From assembly GCA_963743305.1 (NCBI GenBank), contig CAVUPH010000014.1, positions 224,001-288,000 on the forward strand: a stretch of 64,000 nucleotides of DNA, in the 5' to 3' direction. Source of the stretch: an uncultured delta proteobacterium (lineage in GTDB: Bacteria > Desulfobacterota > RBG-13-43-22). The notes under the pieces are model-generated. The model did not search any database. It saw only the letters and a program-made list of their open reading frames with translations, and was not told the origin of the DNA. Position numbers and translations under genes: made by a program. Of this stretch, positions 20,310 to 28,705 are shown piece after piece (positions within the stretch are counted from its first letter, which is position 1; every line of letters starts with the position of its first letter).

Positions 20310-20821
20310 GTCGGGAAACCTTAAGGGGCCAACAAGTACTGGATTGGCTGAAGACCGAAAAACAGGGGTATGAAGCTCTGTTGGCTCTTCTGGACCAGGA
20401 GTGGGAGTGTCTTAAAAAGCGGGATATCACCAGGCTCATTCCTCTGACCCGGGCTAAAGAGAGCCGGATCCTGGAGCTTCACGATCTGGCTCAAAAAATC
20501 GGGCCTTATCTGCCGTTGGAAAAAGCGGCTGGCAAAAATACGGAAATCGGGGGGCCAGGCGGCGGGTCACAGGCTCAAACCTCAGACCCCCGGGAAGCCG
20601 CTCTGGCTAAGGTTCAAAAATCCATCCGGAAAATAAAAATGGATATCCAGTCCCGGAATGAAAGAAACCGGCGCTATATCGAGGAGAGCTTGAGGGTCAT
20701 CGAAGAGTTTTTTTTCCTCCTGGCCCCACCGCCGGATAAACCACCCGCCTATGGCCCCTTTGAAAAGCGGCGGGCCATGAACTCCGGGGGCTCTTCCTCT
20801 TTTATCAGTCGGAGTTTATAG
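20306..20821 (+). CDS. flgN: Flagellar export chaperone FlgN
   Basis: Helical protein between flgJ and flgK; N..N.RYI motif. Confidence 0.75.
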   Translation: MSRETLRGQQVLDWLKTEKQGYEALLALLDQEWECLKKRDITRLIPLTRAKESRILELHDLAQKIGPYLPLEKAAGKNTEIGGPGGGSQAQTSDPREAALAKVQKSIRKIKMDIQSRNERNRRYIEESLRVIEEFFFLLAPPPDKPPAYGPFEKRRAMNSGGSSSFISRSL

Positions 20822-20829
20822 GAGTCGTT

Positions 20830-22315
20830 ATGTCGGGTATCTCCTTTGTGCTCAACCTGGCCCGGGGCGCCCTGTCCGCGCAGCAGCAGGGAATCGCCGT
20901 GACCGGCCATAACATCGCCAATGTCAATACTCCCGGGTACAGCCGCCAAGTGGCTAATTTTGAAAATCTGGCCTCGGATACCACTTCTCCGATCAAGTTG
21001 GGCTACGGGGTGGTGGTGGATTCGGTCTCCCAATACTATGATCGGTTCATTACCCAAAGCCTGCAACAGCAGGAGAGCATCTTACAGGAAACCGCTACCA
21101 AGCAATCCACCCTTTCTTACGTCCAGAGTCTGTTCAACGACCAGGCCGGGAATGGCCTCAGCCAGGCGCTGAACGAATTCTGGAACGGCTGGCAAGATCT
21201 GGCCAATAACCCGAGCGGTATTCCCGAGCGCACGGCCCTGCTCCAGAAGGCGGAAGCCCTGACCGAACGGTTTCACACCATCGGCAGTGATCTCACCCGC
21301 GTCCAAAGCGAAGTCGGCAACAGCCTCAAGGCTTCTATCAACGACTTGAATAGTTTAACGGGCCAGATGGCCGATTTAAACCAGAGGATTGTTTCCAGTG
21401 AATCCAATGGGACGACGGCCAACGATTTGCGGGATCAGCGAAATGTGCTGCTGGAAAAAATATCCGGCCTGATCGAGGGCCGGACTTTTGAAAATAAAGA
21501 CGGTTCCGTGACTTTCGTGACTACCAACGGCCAGCTCCTGGTCGACCACGCCCAATCCTGGAAATTGTCTCAAAACGGTTCGTCCATTTATTGGAACGGC
21601 GTCCCCACGGACATTAGTGGCAGCCTACAAGGAGGCAAGATCGGAGGACTTTTGGACCTCCGCGATGAGACGCTTCCCCAATACCTGGCCAACTTGGATG
21701 AACTGGCTGGGACCCTGATCAAAAATGTTAACGATATCCATGCAGCCGGTTTTAATCTACAAGGGGTCGGCGGGATCAACTTTTTCAATGATTTCCAGAC
21801 TCCTCCGAACGTTCCCAACACCGGGAACTACAACGGCGCCGCGGCTTTCATCGACTTGAGCACCGGCGCCAATGGCGTGAAAGACAACCCTGAAAACATC
21901 GCCGCGGCCGAAGCCAATTCGCCCGGCCCTCCTGCGGGTCCTCTTCCGGGGGACAACCGCAACGCCCTGAAAATCCTCTCCATCCAAACCGATACCACCT
22001 TGAGTCTCAAGAAGTGGACCTACACGGACCGGGGAGCGACGACTACCTCGGTGACCACGACCTCCTCCCTGGATGATTATTATCGCACCCTGGTGGGGGA
22101 CATCGGGGTCCTGACCGCAGGGTGCCACGCAGCAATATGACTTTACTAAGACCATGGTCGACAGCCTGAATGATGTCCGGGCCTCCGTCTCCGGGGTCAA
22201 TCTGGATGAAGAGATGACCAAGTTGATGGAGATGCAGAGCGCTTACAAAGCCGCCGCCAAATTGGTGACGGTTGCCGACGAACTTTTTACTACGATACTA
22301 CAAATGAAACAATAA
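20830..22315 (+). CDS. flgK: Hook-associated protein FlgK (one +1 frameshift near 22117)
   Basis: GHNIANVNTPGYSRQ, NDLRDQR; the C-term SVSGVNLDEEM...AYKAAAK continues in another frame to TAA 22313-22315; removing one base gives 495 codons. Confidence 0.92.
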
Positions 22316-22327
22316 AGGATACCGGCC

Positions 22328-23218
22328 ATGCGTATAGCCACTTCGACCCTTTACGATAGCCTGGAACGGCGGATTCAGCAATTGACCGAAGGCCTGAATA
22401 CAGTCAATGAAAAATTGTCTTCCCAAAAGAAGATCAACCGTCCCTCCGATGACCCCTTGGGCGCGGCCTCGGCCATCGGGTACCGGAACCTGTTGTCCCA
22501 GGTGGATCAGTACGGGCGAAATCTAAATACCGGGAAATCCTGGATGGACTCCAGCGAATCCGCCCTGAGCCAATCGCAGGATGTAGTGACCCGGGCCAAA
22601 GAGATTGCGGTCCAGATGGCCAATGGCGCTCAATCAGCGGCGACCCGCAGCAATATGGCCATAGAGGTGAGTCACCTATTGGACCAGGCCATCTCCCTGG
22701 GGAACACCCAGGTCGGCGGAAAGTATATCTTCGCCGGCTACCAAACGGGAACGGCGCCTTTCACCAAAATGAATAATGGGACTATCGATACGGCTCAATA
22801 CAACGGAGAAGGGAATGACTTTCAGGTAGCCATCGGACAAGGCGAGACCTTGGCCATCGGACGAAACGGCCAGACGGTATTTATGAATTCCACCCTTTTT
22901 GACACGTTGGGCGGTCTGAAGCAGGCCCTGGAGGACAATAATGTTACCGGGATCCAGCAGGCCATGACGGGGTTGGATTCCGCCCTGGATCATTTCAACA
23001 ATCAACTGGCCGACGTGGGGGCCCGGGCCAATCGCCTGGAGACCCGGCAGGGCATTTTGCAGAACATGACTTTGAATTTTACGGAACAGCTTTCCCAAGT
23101 CGAGGATGCGGATATAGCCAAGATGTCCATTGATTTGTCACAGGTGCAGATGGCCTACCAGGCGACTCTGATGACCACCGCCCAGGTAGGGAAGCTGAGC
23201 CTGATTAATTATATGTAA
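22328..23218 (+). CDS. flgL: Hook-associated protein FlgL
   Basis: KKINRPSDDP, GKYIFAG, C-term LSLINYM. Confidence 0.95.
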   Translation: MRIATSTLYDSLERRIQQLTEGLNTVNEKLSSQKKINRPSDDPLGAASAIGYRNLLSQVDQYGRNLNTGKSWMDSSESALSQSQDVVTRAKEIAVQMANGAQSAATRSNMAIEVSHLLDQAISLGNTQVGGKYIFAGYQTGTAPFTKMNNGTIDTAQYNGEGNDFQVAIGQGETLAIGRNGQTVFMNSTLFDTLGGLKQALEDNNVTGIQQAMTGLDSALDHFNNQLADVGARANRLETRQGILQNMTLNFTEQLSQVEDADIAKMSIDLSQVQMAYQATLMTTAQVGKLSLINYM

Positions 23219-23282
23219 CCCAACATCCGGCGCTCAGCGCCCAGCGTATTTCATTTAATCGTTTTCGCCAGGGAGGGTGAAA

Positions 23283-23507
23283 ATGCTTATTTTAACGAGA
23301 AAAATAGGGGAAACCATCACCATCGGGGATCGGATCAAAATCGTGGTGGTCGATATTAAGGGCAAACAGGTCCGGTTAGGGGTTGAGGCCCCACAGGAGA
23401 CCACGATTTTTCGGGAAGAAATTTATCAAAAGATCCAGGCGGAGAACCGACTGGCGGCCCAATGGGATTTTTCCCAGTTGGATCAACTGACCGATCAATT
23501 AAAATAA
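23283..23507 (+). CDS. csrA: Carbon storage regulator CsrA
   Basis: [13 protein letters not shown]...VRLGVEAP....REEIY with the C-term extension typical of FliW-bound CsrA. Confidence 0.95.
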   Translation: MLILTRKIGETITIGDRIKIVVVDIKGKQVRLGVEAPQETTIFREEIYQKIQAENRLAAQWDFSQLDQLTDQLK

Positions 23508-23530
23508 CCTTGTAGACAGGACATAGTTCA

Positions 23531-23965
23531 TTGCAGATTGAAACCAGCCGTTTTGGTACGATAGTTGTCAAAGAGGAGCAGATCTTCCACCTTCCGGAAG
23601 GGATCATCGGTTTTCCGGAGTGGACCCGTTATATCCTGATCAACCATAGAGAAGGGTCTCCCTTCCAGTGGTTTCAGTCCATAGAAAACCAGGACTTGGC
23701 CTTCGTTTTGATGGACCCCCTGGACCTGGTTGCGGACTACGATATCGACCTGTCTCCCGAAGATTCTCTCCTGCTGCAAATCGATCAACCGGTCGCGGAG
23801 ATCACGGCCCTGGTGGTAGTGAATATCTCTAGACAACCGCCATCGGAAATCACGGCCAACCTCCTGGCCCCGGTGGTGATCAATTCCGGAAAAAAAATCG
23901 CCAAACAGGTCGTCCTCTATCAGAGCGACTATTCCGTCCGCCACCCGGTCCCCACAAGAAACTAA
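23531..23965 (+). CDS. fliW: Flagellar assembly factor FliW
   Basis: TSRFG, GIIGF, WFQS, TANLLAPVVIN. Confidence 0.95.
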   Translation: MQIETSRFGTIVVKEEQIFHLPEGIIGFPEWTRYILINHREGSPFQWFQSIENQDLAFVLMDPLDLVADYDIDLSPEDSLLLQIDQPVAEITALVVVNISRQPPSEITANLLAPVVINSGKKIAKQVVLYQSDYSVRHPVPTRN

Positions 23966-23984
23966 CCAAGATCGGTTGCCTCTC

Positions 23985-24015
23985 AAAAGAAAAAGCCGGC
24001 CAAAGCCGACTTTTT
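23985..24015 (-). terminator. Rho-independent terminator after flgM (possibly bidirectional)
   Basis: Minus strand AAAAAGTCGGC-TTTG-GCCGGCTTTTTCTTTT between convergent fliW and flgM. Confidence 0.65.
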
Positions 24016-24040
24016 GGGGGAAGGGAAGGAAAAGCAGGTG

Positions 24041-24355
24041 CTAGCTGTTCAGTTCAACAAGAGACGCCTTCAGCATTTTCCCGGCGAGTTCTTCACTGTT
24101 CACCTGGTAGGTCCCGGATTCCACTTTTTTCTTAAGGTCCGCCACTCTATCGGCTCGGGTATCCGGGGCCGAGAGAGCGAGCGCTTCGATCTTCTTAATC
24201 ATCCTGAAGGAGGGAGATAAATCCACCCGGTCCCCAATTTGGCTTTGTACCCTATTTTCCGGATTGATCGTGCTCTGATCATTGGTGTTTACCTTGTTCT
24301 GCTGATTGACATACTGGAGGATCTGAGCCTTTTGGCCGATATCTTGAATTTTCAT
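24041..24355 (-). CDS. flgM: Anti-sigma-28 factor FlgM
   Basis: DRVDLS, R.DRVADLKKKVESGTYQV....LA.KM. Confidence 0.93.
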   Translation of the reverse strand: MKIQDIGQKAQILQYVNQQNKVNTNDQSTINPENRVQSQIGDRVDLSPSFRMIKKIEALALSAPDTRADRVADLKKKVESGTYQVNSEELAGKMLKASLVELNS

Positions 24356-24368
24356 GAACCCTGCTCCT

Positions 24369-24788
24369 TTATAACAGATTATTGCTGACTATAGTCTTGG
24401 TAATGTCTATTAAACGGTTTTTCAGTTGCTCGCTGTCCATCGGGGACAGGGTATCGACGACCTCTTTACCCGCATGGTCCATCACCTTAAATACCAGGTT
24501 TTCGTTTTCTTTTCGGTCGACCTCTAAAGGTTTCCCATATTCCTGACTCAGCCGGTTTAGGATCTCCTGCGCTGTGCCGTTCCGTTCGGAGGTCTGGGTC
24601 AGATGATTGAGCATTTCCTGGCTGATCGTATCCACCATGTGTCGTTTACGGGCTTCACCGGAGATTTTCACAAAATCATTCTGCTCCCCCTTGTCTGACT
24701 TCCGGCTTCTCGCCAGCCGACTGCCTTCCGATATTTGCTGGCTATAGGTTCGCAGAACGTTTTGTATGTGATAGCTGGTGATGACCAT
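24369..24788 (-). CDS. FlgM-associated protein (DVU0524-like)
   Basis: MVITSYHIQNVLRTYSQQ..., DFVKIS.EARK; immediately upstream of flgM. Confidence 0.8.
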   Translation of the reverse strand: MVITSYHIQNVLRTYSQQISEGSRLARSRKSDKGEQNDFVKISGEARKRHMVDTISQEMLNHLTQTSERNGTAQEILNRLSQEYGKPLEVDRKENENLVFKVMDHAGKEVVDTLSPMDSEQLKNRLIDITKTIVSNNLL

Positions 24789-24809
24789 GATACTTGCCTT
24801 TCACCGTCT

Positions 24810-24837
24810 ATATCGTCCAGGAAGGGAAAAAACTTTA
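24810..24837 (-). promoter_or_regulatory. Sigma28 promoter of the DVU0524-like/flgM operon
   Basis: Minus strand TAAA(GTTT)-N16-GACGATAT, 21 nt upstream of the ATG. Confidence 0.7.
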
Positions 24838-24845
24838 ATCTTATT

Positions 24846-25205
24846 TTAAGCGGTCAGATTCACCCAGGCGCCTTTGGGAGGCAGATCCAAGCGGGGATCG
24901 GCTTGGCGGCGATAGGCTTCAATAAAGGTCTGCCTCAAAAAAGGGGGGATCTGAAGGGGTACCTCAGGGGAAGGGCCCGGATAAGCGGTGTTGATCCGCT
25001 GGAAGGGCTTAGATGCTTCATAAGAAAGTCCGTCGTGCGAATTAGTTTCTAATATAACCGCATCGGCTTCCAGGACGATCGGGTTTTTGACCTTGGGGAT
25101 CGGCGGGTTCGCCCGAAGCTTTCCGGGCAGAAAGTTATAATTGTATTCCTTCCGATGGGTGGCTATCGGATAAAAAGCGACGGGAAGTGTTTTATTGACG
25201 GCCAT
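24846..25205 (-). CDS. Hypothetical protein, probably in the flagellar regulon
   Basis: 119-aa ORF ending AY......PKGAWVNLTA; preceded by a sigma54-like box; start uncertain. Confidence 0.5.
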   Translation of the reverse strand: MAVNKTLPVAFYPIATHRKEYNYNFLPGKLRANPPIPKVKNPIVLEADAVILETNSHDGLSYEASKPFQRINTAYPGPSPEVPLQIPPFLRQTFIEAYRRQADPRLDLPPKGAWVNLTA

Positions 25206-25220
25206 ATTTAGAGATGCCTA

Positions 25221-25236
25221 AGCAAAAATCTTCCCA
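25221..25236 (-). promoter_or_regulatory. Candidate sigma54 promoter
   Basis: Minus strand TGGGAA-GATTT-TTGCT (GG-N10-GC); AT-rich tract upstream. Confidence 0.5.
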
Positions 25237-25370
25237 AATGCGCCAACCGTTTGAGTAAAAAAGCCCAATTCTCTTACTACAGCAATTAGAGTAAGATCAA
25301 AAAATAAAAAAGTCAAACTATTTTTTTAACAGATACAACCTGTTAAGCCACCCCCTGCTTTTCCATTTCT

Positions 25371-26000
25371 TTATCCTTGCTTAAAGGCCATCCCGATCAG
25401 GGGATAGACCACCATTCCAGCTAAAACCGCCGCATCTTCGGCAATTAAATACCGGGCGATGCTGGCATCGAACAGAACGTTGCCGTCCGGTGGGAACTCG
25501 TCATCTCCGGCCCAGAGGATCAGGCAGACCGGGATCTTGGGGAAAGCCTGAAAACAGATACAGACATCCCCTTCCTCTCTTTCGACCCCGCCCTGTTGAA
25601 CCCCCAATTCGGCCAAGAGCCGAGGCCGGTGACCGAAAGTCTTGACCAGGGGCTCTTTGGCCCGCTGGACAAAAGCCGAGTAATAGAACTCGCCGGAAGG
25701 GATCTCTCGGAAGGTGATCCATTGTCCGGCCAACGGGATTCCCGGGGCCTTCAGCAGGTAATGGAGGATCAAAACCTGTTCCTGCAGGGAAAGCTCTTTG
25801 GCCGGGTCCGGTCCCTGAACCTGGCCTTCCGGCCAGGCTATGGTAATCGTCTTATCCATAAACTGAAGCTGCAGGCGAGTCCCGTCCGGTCCCTGTTGGC
25901 AGGCTGCCCCGCTGAGGACAGCCGCCTGTTGGGGGTCCTGCTTGGCCCACTCCTCCCGGGCCAGTGCCAGGGCATTCTTATAATCGTCTATTCGGGACAT
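25371..26000 (-). CDS. DUF3786-family protein
   Basis: LILHYLL, WITFREIPSG.FY, P......W.GDDEFP....LFD.....L..ED. Confidence 0.85.
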   Translation of the reverse strand: MSRIDDYKNALALAREEWAKQDPQQAAVLSGAACQQGPDGTRLQLQFMDKTITIAWPEGQVQGPDPAKELSLQEQVLILHYLLKAPGIPLAGQWITFREIPSGEFYYSAFVQRAKEPLVKTFGHRPRLLAELGVQQGGVEREEGDVCICFQAFPKIPVCLILWAGDDEFPPDGNVLFDASIARYLIAEDAAVLAGMVVYPLIGMAFKQG

Positions 26001-28327
26001 GAAGCGTCCTTTATCCGGCACAAGGTGCAGAGGGTCTTATCTTTCAAGTCAATAATCCGGTATCCCCTGGCGCAAATCTGGTCACGAATCCGGTCGGCCT
26101 CGGTGAACTCTTTGCGCTGCCGGGCCTGCTCCCGTTGCTCCAGCATATCCCGCACTTCTAAAGGGAGCTCCCGGTCCGGAAAATCAAAAATTTCCAATAC
26201 GGTGTTGGTCTGCTTTAAGACCGAATCGATCTCCAGGAACTCTTCAGGGGTAATCCGCTTTTCAATGAACACCGGATTCAGAGCGCGGATGAGTTTGAAG
26301 AGGGCCGACAGGGCCGCCGCAATATTCAGATCGTCGTCCATGGCCCGCTTAAACCGGGTTTTGAAAAGATAAAGGGCCTCGCCGACCTCCGGATGCTCTT
26401 CTTGCCCCGCTTGCTGGGAATAAAGTTTCTGGACGAATTCATCCAGGCGTTTTAATGTCTTCCGGGACGTCTCCAGGGTTTTAAGAGAAAAATGAAGGGG
26501 TTTGCGATAGTGAGTGGACAGCAGCCAGTACCGGACTTCCCGACCGGTGTAGCCCTGGTTCAAAAGGTCCCGCAAGGTGATCACATTCCCGCCGGCCGGG
26601 GAAATCTTTTTCCCTTCCACGTAAACCAGATCGCTGTGCAGCCAGTAGTTCACGAATTTCTTGCCGGTGGCCGCTTCGCTGATGGCGATTTCGTTTTCAT
26701 GATGGGGGAATACCAGATCCATCCCGCTGGTATGGATGTCAAAGGTTTCTCCCAAATATTTTAAGGCCATGGCCGAACATTCCACATGCCAGCCCGGACG
26801 CACATTCCCCCACTCGGTAACGAAATAGATCCCTTTCTTGAGTTCCGAAAGGTTGGTGCGCTTCAGCAAAGTGAAATCCCGGGGGTTGTCTTTTTCATAT
26901 TCATCCAGGTCTACGGTTTTCCCGAGCTGGATTTTTTTTAAGTCAACCCGGGACAAGTGGCCATAAGGCTTAAAACGGGAGATATCAAAGTAAACCGAGC
27001 GGAACTTTTCATAGGCATACCCTTTTTTCAAGAGTTCCCGGGACAGGGCGATCATGTCCTCCACGTGCTCACTGGCCTTAGGATAATGGGACGCCCGTTT
27101 AATCCGCAAGGTGTCGATATCGCTTAAAAACGCCTGGGTGAAATACCCGGTGAAGGCCTCCAGGGTCTGGTTGGCTTCTTCGGCTCCGCGTATCGTCCGG
27201 TCATGAAGGTCGGTAATATTCATGACATGTTGGACTTCCAACCCCTTGAATTCCAGGTAGCGGCGCAGCAAATCGGCCATGACAAAGCGGCGGCAATTCC
27301 CCAGATGAATCAAAGCGCTGACAGTGGGACCGCAGGAATAAATGGAAACCCGGTTTTCCTTGAGGGGGACAAAATTTTCCTTTTCCCGGCTCAGGGTGTT
27401 ATAAAAAACCAGCCCGTTTTTTTCCTTTTCATCGAAGAGCGTGGTGCTCAGATAGCGTTCCCCGCCGTCCGGGCAGATGACCACAATCAGGCCTTTCTTG
27501 AGTTGCTGGGCCTTTTGGAGGGCTACGAATACGGCTCCTCCTGAACTCATCCCCAGCAGAAGGCCTTCTTCCCTGGCCAGCTTCCGGACCGTTTCAAAGG
27601 CCTCTTCATCCTCCACGTTGACCACTTCGTCCAAAATACTCTTGTCATAGATACCGGGCTTATACGATTCCTTCATATTTTTCAGGCCCTGGATCTTATG
27701 ACCCAAATAAGGCTCCACGCCGACTATTTTTATGTTCGGGTTAAATTCCTTGAGCCGCTTGGTCAGGCCCATCAGAGTTCCGGTGGTCCCCATGGTGGCC
27801 ACCACCATGGTCACCTTGCCCCCGGTCTGCTCCCAGATTTCCCGGCCGGTGCCGTGGTAGTGGGCCATGATGTTGTCCTGGTTATTAAACTGGTCCGGCA
27901 AGAAATAGCGTTCCGGGTTCTCCCGAGCCATTTGATAGACCTTTTCGATGGCCCCATCGGTGCCCAGGTGAGCCGGCGTCAGGAGGATCTTGGCCCCGTA
28001 GGCCCGGAGGATCTTTTGGCGTTCAATGCTGGCCGATTCGGGCATAGCCAGAAGCAGCGGATACCCCCTGACGGCAGCTACCAGGGCCAGGCCGATTCCG
28101 GTGTTTCCCGAGGTGGCTTCAATAATGGTTTTATCCTTAGTCAAGGTGCCGCTTTTTTCCGCACCCTCCACCATGGACAAGGCGACGCGGTCCTTGATCG
28201 ATCCGCCAGGATTAAAGGACTCGATCTTAGCCCAGACCGCCGCCTTCTTATTGAGATTAAGTCGATTCAATTTGATCAATGGGGTATGGCCGATGAGGCT
28301 GGTTATGTCGGGAAAGGCTTGTTTCAT
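25988..28327 (-). CDS. cysS: Cysteine synthase (CysK/CysM) - cysteinyl-tRNA synthetase fusion
   Basis: N-term NPGGSIKDR (PLP Lys), EATSGNTG, GTTGT, DGGERYLST; C-term CGPTV..HLGN, PGWHVECSAM, FPHHENE, DDDLN. Confidence 0.92.
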   Translation of the reverse strand: MKQAFPDITSLIGHTPLIKLNRLNLNKKAAVWAKIESFNPGGSIKDRVALSMVEGAEKSGTLTKDKTIIEATSGNTGIGLALVAAVRGYPLLLAMPESASIERQKILRAYGAKILLTPAHLGTDGAIEKVYQMARENPERYFLPDQFNNQDNIMAHYHGTGREIWEQTGGKVTMVVATMGTTGTLMGLTKRLKEFNPNIKIVGVEPYLGHKIQGLKNMKESYKPGIYDKSILDEVVNVEDEEAFETVRKLAREEGLLLGMSSGGAVFVALQKAQQLKKGLIVVICPDGGERYLSTTLFDEKEKNGLVFYNTLSREKENFVPLKENRVSIYSCGPTVSALIHLGNCRRFVMADLLRRYLEFKGLEVQHVMNITDLHDRTIRGAEEANQTLEAFTGYFTQAFLSDIDTLRIKRASHYPKASEHVEDMIALSRELLKKGYAYEKFRSVYFDISRFKPYGHLSRVDLKKIQLGKTVDLDEYEKDNPRDFTLLKRTNLSELKKGIYFVTEWGNVRPGWHVECSAMALKYLGETFDIHTSGMDLVFPHHENEIAISEAATGKKFVNYWLHSDLVYVEGKKISPAGGNVITLRDLLNQGYTGREVRYWLLSTHYRKPLHFSLKTLETSRKTLKRLDEFVQKLYSQQAGQEEHPEVGEALYLFKTRFKRAMDDDLNIAAALSALFKLIRALNPVFIEKRITPEEFLEIDSVLKQTNTVLEIFDFPDRELPLEVRDMLEQREQARQRKEFTEADRIRDQICARGYRIIDLKDKTLCTLCRIKDASCPE

Positions 28328-28330
28328 GGG

Positions 28331-28666
28331 TTATCGCCGCCCAAATCCGGACGGCTTTCTCCTTTTAGGACGATTGATTTTTTCGAACAAGGCAACTTGC
28401 TCAACCAGGGAAAGTTTACCCCGAACCGGTTTCCGGCCGGCCCGGCAGAGGCGGCAACGGTCCTGGGAACAACCTTGACAGTAATGGCAATCCGGGCATT
28501 TTTTTCGTTTCTTTCCGGTCGGATGACCGGCTGAGGGTCGGATCTCTTCAAAGGGTATTAATCGCTGGCTTTGGTCCGGTCCGGTTATTCCGCTTATTTT
28601 TTCCCTTAGCGCGCTGCGCGTCTTCTTTTTAACGCCCGGGCTTTTTGTTTTTACCCCGCTGCTCAT
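28331..28666 (-). CDS. Small basic Cys-rich protein
   Basis: CPDCHYCQGCSQDRCRLC cluster; GAGGG RBS upstream; abuts the start of the cysK-cysS gene. Confidence 0.6.
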   Translation of the reverse strand: MSSGVKTKSPGVKKKTRSALREKISGITGPDQSQRLIPFEEIRPSAGHPTGKKRKKCPDCHYCQGCSQDRCRLCRAGRKPVRGKLSLVEQVALFEKINRPKRRKPSGFGRR

Positions 28667-28705
28667 ACCCTCTGCGCTGGACTTACGGTACTCCGCCCCA
28701 GATGG

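Noticed and set aside
22110-22140. Programmed frameshift in flgK
   Set aside because: No slippery heptamer or long repeat tract; same pattern as the other apparent indel errors.
23941-24236. 14-bp direct repeat CCACCCGGTCCCCA in fliW and flgM
   Set aside because: Both copies lie inside intact coding sequence with no element between them; likely chance.
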